This document shows positions 56,311 through 64,000 of a stretch of 64,000 nucleotides of DNA, piece after piece (within the stretch, counting starts at the first letter, position 1; every line of letters starts with the position of its first letter). Location of the stretch: assembly GCA_951406725.2 (NCBI GenBank), contig OX597821.1, positions 107,756,001 to 107,820,000 on the forward strand. Direction: 5' to 3'. The notes beneath the pieces are model-generated. The model had not been told where the DNA came from, searched no databases, and saw nothing but the letters and a program-made list of their open reading frames with translations. The position numbers and the translations under genes are program-made. The DNA is from Octopus vulgaris (lineage: Eukaryota).

Positions 56311-57364
56311 AGTTATTAATCGAGGCGCTAAAGACTCTTAATGTTAATTCTGAATGAGAGCTAAATTCTTAGAGATTTAAAAATCTGAGCTAAATTCTTT
56401 ACGAACAGACATTGATTTTACGGAAGCTTACCATTTCGGGGGAATTTGTGGCACTCACCTAGAAGACCTGGAACATACGGGGTGGGGCAAGGTAAATAGA
56501 TAGAAAGACAAAGAGAGAAAAAGACAGAGAGAAAGAAGAAAGAAAGAGTGAGATTTAAAAAAGGGCGGAAGTTAGAAAGAGAAAGTCAGAAGGAGAAAGT
56601 CAGTAAGAGAGAGTAAGTCAGAGAGAGCTGTCTGTGAGACAAAGAGAGAGAGAGAGTGTGTGTGTGAGAGAGAGAGGGAGAGAGAATGTGTGTGTGTGTG
56701 AGAGAGAGAGAGAAAGTGTATGTGTGTGAGAAAGAGATAGAGAATGTGTATGTGTGTGTGAGAGAGAGAGAGACAATGTGTGTGTGGGAGAGAGAATGTG
56801 TGTGTGTGTGTGAGAGAGAAAAAGAGACAAAGAGAGAGAGAGGAGAGAGAAAAATGGGACAGAGAGAGGATGGCTTTTAAAGATAAACCTGGCCCTGTGT
56901 TTCTGTCTCTGAGCCGATCCTTTATTCAGCAAATGTTTGGTTGAAATTTCCAAAGGTGTTTTAGCACTTTACAACCGAGGCGCCCTCTGGATAAGACACT
57001 TGTCAATCACGAGTAATATTCCCATAAGACTTTATATATATATAATTTCCACACACAGAGATACACGCGCACACATGCAGACACACAAAGAAACACACAC
57101 ACATATGCGCATGCCCTTACACACTAATATACATACACAAGCACACACACGGACAGGCGCGTGGATAGCACGCATCAACGAAGAATCAAGTTGCCACATA
57201 CACACGCACACACATGTACATATATAAGCACATAAATATTTATACGTATACATACATACACATATCCGAGAATACACCTTTATTTAGATGCATATATCTA
57301 CCTATCTCTCTCCGTCCCTCCCCCCCTCTCTCTCTTTATATATATATATATATACATATATATA

Positions 57365-57570
57365 TAACGGGAAGGTTTACGAAAATAAACAAAAGACGAA
57401 GGCAGGTGGAGTACAAACAAACAATTGTATTAGTATGGCGCTCAGGAAATAGAAATAAAACAAGTCTTTGACGTTTCGAGCCTACGCTCTTCGACAGAAA
57501 GATACACAGAAAAGAAACAAGGAAAGAAAAAAAAATGCGAGCAGGAGCTATCGATTCAACATGGCGTTCT
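57365..57570 (-). mobile_element. Penelope-like pLTR unit with variant minimal hammerhead motif (57465-57502)
   Basis: Minus strand reads TCTTT-CTGTCGA-A-GAGC-GTAG-GCTC-GAAAC-GTC-AAAGA; homologous to 2085-2252. Confidence 0.65.
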
Positions 57571-57631
57571 GATTTCAGCCAGAAGTCAGAGATCAGACGT
57601 TAGACGCTAGAGGGATAGTAGAGGGATATAT

Positions 57632-57726
57632 ACAACTTATAAACAAGGGCAAAAGAAAATTATTTCTATGCCATGGAAAATATTTGGCATAGAAATAATT
57701 TTCTTTTGCCCTTGTTTATAAGTTGT
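57632..57726. repeat. Perfect hairpin (hairpin 5): 42-bp stem, 11-nt loop
   Basis: ACAACTTATAAACAAGGGCAAAAGAAAATTATTTCTATGCCA followed by its exact reverse complement. Confidence 0.97.
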
Positions 57727-57851
57727 TTATAATTTTAGCCGTTAAAGGTATTTTAATATGCTGCCACTTTTTGATGAACTTTTTTTCTGTATTAGTAGTA
57801 GTAGTATATATATATATATATATATACATATATATACATACGCACACACAT

Positions 57852-57884
<33 letters not shown>

Positions 57885-57914
57885 CACACACACATGTATA
57901 TATATATAGGTATA

Positions 57915-58299
57915 TCTCTCTCTATATAAACGGCAGTTTGTCTGTGCGTGTTTCTGTGTGTCTGTTTGCTTGTACCCACACCCTGACCACGGCTTTCAAC
58001 CGATTCTGATGAAACTTGACACACACATAGCCCAATGTCATAATTCAAAACTAACGAAGCGAAAATTTTGAAAAGTTCCCCCAGTTCTGAAAAAAATCGA
58101 TAAATTCGACATGGGGTCGAGAATCAGAAACCCAAACCACAGACCGTCTAGGGGATGCAACTCCACCTTTTTTAACTCTCAAAAAAAATTTACCATAATT
58201 TTTTTTCCATTTTTTTGCTATTTTTTGGCTATAACTCTCTAAAAATGCTTTATAGTTATTTCCCTTACAAACCTGAGCAACGCCGGGCGATACTGCTAG
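57915..58299 (+). mobile_element. Non-autonomous Helitron
   Basis: A|TCTCTCTCTATATAAACGG ... CCTGAGCAACGCCGGG hairpin ... CTAG|T. Confidence 0.85.
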
Positions 58300-58524
58300 T
58301 ATGTAATATTTTAAAAATCTTTATATCATTAAAACATTTCAGCTGCAAAGCTGCGGTCATACTGAAGCACCACCATTCACTGAGCTATACTATTATTTGA
58401 AACCTCCTCTGATATGTGAAATTTGGTCAATGAGGGAGTTTGATGCCTTAACCCTCATCTGTGTTTCCTGCCGTGAGGTAGGCACGTCTGGAACCCTTGA
58501 TTGGAAGAGGTCCTTATGTTTTTT

Positions 58525-58892
58525 AATCTTTTATCTTGTTTCAGTGATTTGACTGAGGGTATGCTGGAGCACCGCCTTCATTCAAGCAAATCGACCCCAA
58601 GACTTATTTTTTATCAGCCTAGTTCTTATTCTATCGGTCTGTTTTGCCGAACCGCTAGGTTACGGAGACGTATACACACCAGCATAGGTTGTCAAGCGAT
58701 GTTCGGGGGAGAAACACACACACACATATACATACGACGGGCTTCTTTCAGTTTCCGTCTACCAAATCTACTCACAAGGCTTTGGACGGCCCGAGGCTAT
58801 AGTAGAAGACACTTGCCCAATGTGCTATGCAATGGGATTGAACCCGGAACCAAGTGGTTGGTAAGCATGCTACCTACCACATATTCACTCCT
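58525..58892 (-). mobile_element. SINE family A, diverged
   Basis: Family A tail, body and head. Confidence 0.85.
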
Positions 58893-58940
58893 GATATACA
58901 TATATATTTCTCTCCCTCTCTCTCTCTCTCTGTATGTATG

Positions 58941-59047
<107 letters not shown>

Positions 59048-59722
59048 TACATTCATACACACACACATATATGTATATGTAAACCTATGTACGTGCGTGT
59101 TTGTGTGTATGTACACATAATTTAAATAATTTAGATATGTACACACACACACACACACACACATGTTTATATACACTCTCTCGCGCGACTTTATTGTCCC
59201 TTTTAGCTTTTCTTTCTTAGGCTACAGTCCCCAGTGACACACCAACGGTTCATAGAAGATCTGAACTCACAACCTATGGCTACATTAATCAAACACATAA
59301 ACACGCGCATTTTATTCTTCTTCATTTCGTTTTCCAAAATCTATTTAACCTTTTGCTATTTCTTTTTCATCATTTTTTTCACCCTGTATTCATTCTCTTC
59401 CCCGGGACCCTCCCCCCACCACACCCACACATATACATATATACATATAGACATACGTTCAAATACACATGCGCATATATGCAATCAAATATATACACGG
59501 TGTCAAGTTTAATCGTTGCCTGCACGTGCGTGTGTGTATATTGTTCTGAGAGAAGTCACGTGTAACGACACTCCCTCCTGATTGGATACTGTAATTTTGC
59601 GATTGAAATGAGAACATATCATACATAAAGCATATGTTTTTCTCTCTGTTTTTCCTTTTTTTTTTGTTTGTTTTAATTTGTATTTTAGACACATACACGC
59701 GTGCATATATATACATATATCC

Positions 59723-59757
<35 letters not shown>

Positions 59758-59775
59758 CGGATTCGTTTGGATATG

Positions 59776-59807
<32 letters not shown>

Positions 59808-60003
59808 CACGCGCGCATGTTTGTGTGGTTGTATGTATGTGGGCGTGTGGATCTGTTTCAATATGTGTGTGCGTGTGTGTGTGTGTGTTTATATAATGCA
59901 ACGTTTATCATTTTGTGGAAGTTTTTTCATAATTTTTTTTTCAAATGTTAGAACTTAAGCTGTTCCCCATTCACTAATGCATATATGCACATACGCACAC
60001 ACA

Positions 60004-60048
<45 letters not shown>

Positions 60049-60143
60049 AGGCGCGGACGCAAACATATGTATTATACTTACATACATGTATCTATATGTA
60101 TATGTTACACATAATGTATTTGCATACATGTATATATACGCAT

Positions 60144-60181
<38 letters not shown>

Positions 60182-60183
60182 GC

Positions 60184-60654
60184 ATATAGGAATTTTTTGC
60201 GTAGTATGATAAAAAAACCGAGGCTGTATAGATATTAGAGCATTTATAGATAGAAGGTCTTACAGCTGTTTCTAAGATATTTATTAATTATATCCCTTCA
60301 TCGGAGACGGTGTGAGAGGAAAATTAAGTCATAGTTAGTTTAGATGTGATACAAAATAGAGAGTGAGGTGGAGGAAAGGAAATAGATGTAAGATATGTAT
60401 GGGTATTGAAGTTGTAAATCCATTTTTAGGCATAATAGTATATATGCAACTAATTTATTTCCTCCATCTCACCCTCTATTTTGTATCACATCTAAACTAA
60501 CTATGACTTAACTATTCTCTCACACCGTCTCCGATGAAGGGAAATAATTAATGAATATCTTAGAAACAGCTGTAAGACCTTCCATATATAAATGCTCTAA
60601 TATCTACACATTCTTGTTTTTTTTTAAATCTCATTACGCAAAAAATTCTTATAT
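60184..60654. repeat. Fold-back element (hairpin 6) with a hammerhead-like motif in each arm
   Basis: About 190-bp inverted arms. Plus arm 60527-60578 reads GTCT-CCGATGA-AGGGAAAT..ATATCTTA-GAAAC-AGCT-GTA-AGAC; the mirror copy is at 60257-60308 on the minus strand. Confidence 0.9.
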
Positions 60655-60795
60655 ACACACGCGGACAAAGAACCAGCGTTGAACCCTTTATTCGCCATGT
60701 TACCGAATCTGGAACTTAACTATGGTCTGTCAATAGCATTTATTCAGCATTACCTGACACATTTGGGTTTCAATGACACCATTATCTCTTATATA

Positions 60796-60879
<84 letters not shown>

Positions 60880-60934
60880 ATGTATATATATATATAATAC
60901 GTAAATATTTATCTATCTATGTGTACAATGTGTA

Positions 60935-60992
<58 letters not shown>

Positions 60993-61207
60993 TATATCCT
61001 TCACCTGAAGGCTAAAACAATGCGAAGCGCATTGTGACCAACGATGTGTAGCAACATCTGATAGCCTGGTCGGTCACGGTGATCACGGTGATATATACAT
61101 TGTACACATAGATAGATAGACAGATAGATTATTTTGCACTCAAAACATCTAATTCCGAATGACGCTGAGGTCGACTTAGTTTTTATCCTTTCGAGGTCGA
61201 TAAAATA

Positions 61208-61400
61208 CGATGTGGTATCAAAATGTTTCCGTTCTAGTTCTGTAGAGCGCCAACAGATGGCAGCACACCGTTGTATGCGCAGTGAGAGCTAGCAGTGACC
61301 TTCGTGAGGCAGTGTGATGTTGCTGTGTTTACTTTGTAATTTGTGAAGTTTGTGATTTCGCAATCACAGGTCTACTGAAGTCTGCGACTTTTGTCATGGA
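61208..61400 (+). mobile_element. Mariner-like left end
   Basis: TA|CGATGTGGTATCAAAATGTTTCCG is TIR-like and is followed by CCAACAGATGGCAGCAC. Confidence 0.45.
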
Positions 61401-61454
61401 CAGGAAGCCGGGACAAAGAGTCAACAAAGAGCCATGCGTTGAAAGTAAATAAAT

Positions 61455-61543
<89 letters not shown>

Positions 61544-62459
61544 AAGAAAGAATGAGAGAAAGACAGAAAGAAAGAAAGAGAAGAAAGAAAGAAAGAGAAG
61601 AAGGAAAGAAAGAAAAGAAGGAAAAAAGAAAGAAGGAAAAAAGAAGAAAAGAGGAAAGAAAGAGAAGAAGGAAAGAAAGGAGAAAAGAAAGAAGGAAAAA
61701 GGAAGAAAGAAGAAAAGAAAGAAAACGGAAGAAAGAAAGAAAGAAAAGAATGAAAGAAAGGAGGAAAGAAAGAAGGATAAAGAAAGAACGAAAAAGGAAG
61801 AAAGAAATGAAGGAAGGAAGGATAAAAAGAAAGAAAGAAGGAATGAAAGAAAGAAGGAAAGAAAGAAGGAAAAACAAAGAAAGGAAGAAAGAAAGAGTGA
61901 GGGAAAGAAAGGAAGAAGTAAAGAAAGAGAGAAGGAAAGAAGCAAGAAAAGAAAGAAGGAAAGAAAGGAAGAAAGAAAGAGAGAGAGAAGGAAAGAAAGA
62001 AGGAAGGAAAGAATGAAAGAAAGGAAGATAGAAAGAAAGAGAGAGAAGGGAAGAAGGAAGAAAGTCAGAGAAAACGAAAGAAAGAAGGAAAGAAAGAAAG
62101 AAGGAATGAGAGTAAGAAAGAAAGAAAGAAAGAAAGAGAGAAAGAGAGAAAGAAAGGAAGAATGGGTAAGTGACGGTTGGGACACCTTTTATAATAATGG
62201 ATACAAATATTTGCACAAGGCCAGCAATCTCAGGGTGAGTGGGGGTAAATCGCTTACATCGACCTCCATTTCTCAACTTTTTCCCCTCTCTTTCCTTCCA
62301 GGATATGGTGCCTTACTTTTATACACCGTGTCCTTGAAGAGTTATGATTTATCTTCATAAAGGCGACTGGAGAGATTTGAAGCGGTTGCAAACCGAAATA
62401 TATCGGCCCGTGGTCAGCGCCGGATCAACCGTTAAGCAAACTAAATACGTGCTTAGAGC

Positions 62460-63357
62460 GAAAAGACGGACGATATGCCGATAAGCATTTTGGCCGGCGT
62501 GCTAACGATTCTGCTAACTCGTCTCTTTAACGCCTTTCACAATCCAGTCTACTATAGGCAAAAAGCCTGAAATTTTACGGGGAGTGACCTAGTCAATTAC
62601 ATCGACCCCAGTACTCAACTGGTACTTATTTAACAACCCCGAAAGGATGACATGCAAAGTCGACGTCGTCGGCATTTGAACTCAGAACTTTTAAAGACGG
62701 ACGAAATGCCGCTAAGCATTCTGCCCGGCGCAGTAACGATTCTGCCAGCTCACTGCGTTTTAATAGTAATAATACTCCTTTCTGCTATAGGCACAAGCCC
62801 TAAAATTTCTGGGCAGGGGACCAGTAAATTGCATCGACCCCAGTGCTTGACTGGTGCTTATTTTATCCACCTCGAAAGGATGAAAGGCAAAGGCGACCTC
62901 AGCGGAATTTGAACTCAGAATGTAAAGCCGGACAAAATACATATTTCTTTACTACCCACAAGGAGCTAAACACGGAAGGGACGAACAAGGACAGACAAAC
63001 GAATTAAGTCGATTATATCGACCCCAGTGCGTAACTGGTACTTAATATATCGACCCCGAAAGGATGAAAGGCAAAGTCGACCTCGGCGGAATTTGAACTC
63101 AGAACTTAGCGGCAGACGAAATACTGCTAAGCATTTCGCCCGGCGTGCTAACGATTCTATTCTACTCTAGGCACAAGGACTGGAATTTGGGGGCAGTCGA
63201 TTAGATCGACTCCAGTACGCAGCTGGTACTTAATTTGTCGATTCCGAAAGGATGAAAGGCAAAGTAGACCTCGGCGGAATTTGAATTCAGAACGTAAAGA
63301 CGGACGAAATGTAGCAAAGCAGTTTGCTCGGCGTGCTAACGTTTCTGCCATCACGCC
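62460..63357 (-). mobile_element. SINE family B tandem array (4-5 units)
   Basis: Head-to-tail family B bodies with mixed tail types. Confidence 0.9.
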
Positions 63358-63384
63358 ACTTTGATTTAAAAATAATAATAATGA

Positions 63385-63454
<70 letters not shown>

Positions 63455-63995
63455 TTCTGATCTTAACTGATTGGAAGTGTTATCATGTACATTGTTTTGT
63501 CTTGGTATAAAAGATGGGCTACAGCAAATATTCTGCTCAATACCACAGATTTGCTTGTCAGTTGTTTGACCTTAACCAGTTGAGCATGTCCCTTAGTGGC
63601 TGACGATATGTGCATCTCTGATCACGAGCAGAAGTAGTGGGGGAGCATCATAGCCATGTGTTGAGAGGGATTCTTTGGGGTTTGAATAGTTCACCTCTGG
63701 AAACATGGATGGTTCTTTCAACATCCTTAAGCAACCCTTATTCAGGGACCGTTTGAGCGGGATGGGCTACTCAACCTGAAGAAAATTCTAACTGGGCCCC
63801 ACCTGCAAGGTCATGTGCTGTTTATCTTGATATGAGATCACCATGTCGCGCACATATGGTTGTGATGCATGTGCCTGGTGTACCTTTATCAGACGGGTAG
63901 TCATGATGGGTATATTGGGCTTCGTATATTTTACCCCAGTGTCACTTTGATGGCATGAACTGCTCTCTCACTCAATAATAATAATAATAATAATA
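63455..63995 (+). mobile_element. Probable 3' UTR of a (TAA)n-targeting non-LTR retrotransposon
   Basis: About 520 bp of complex non-coding sequence inserted cleanly between two (AAT)n tracts; family identity is inferred, not shown. Confidence 0.5.
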
Positions 63996-64000
63996 GCACG

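Noticed and set aside
61247-61267. CTCF site CCAACAGATGGCAGCA as a host insulator
   Set aside because: It lies in what appears to be a mariner subterminal region; there is no independent support.

Overview
This is eukaryotic, AT-rich DNA saturated with microsatellites; the SINE/LINE complement points to a coleoid cephalopod, probably Octopus (inference). I find no intact host protein-coding gene, and almost all listed ORFs are simple-repeat artefacts. The window is intronic or intergenic and is built from: several modular tRNA-derived SINE families (some in tandem multimers); a full-length decayed mariner (6781-8060) plus mariner remnants and MITEs; two non-autonomous Helitrons; GG-terminal TIR elements with 8-bp TSDs; a hAT remnant; and non-LTR fragments (CR1-group, RTE, R4/Dong, CRE, Penelope). 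The most interesting signal is a set of small non-coding elements in or beside (TA)n tracts. Six are long fold-back hairpins (95-470 bp) with unrelated sequences. Two of these carry a minimal type-I hammerhead ribozyme motif in each arm. Three further pLTR-like units carry minimal hammerhead motifs, two with a shared variant core (CUGUnGA). Together with a Penelope RT remnant, this suggests a population of non-autonomous, ribozyme-bearing Penelope-derived fold-back retroelements. All motifs were read by eye; no search or folding was run.
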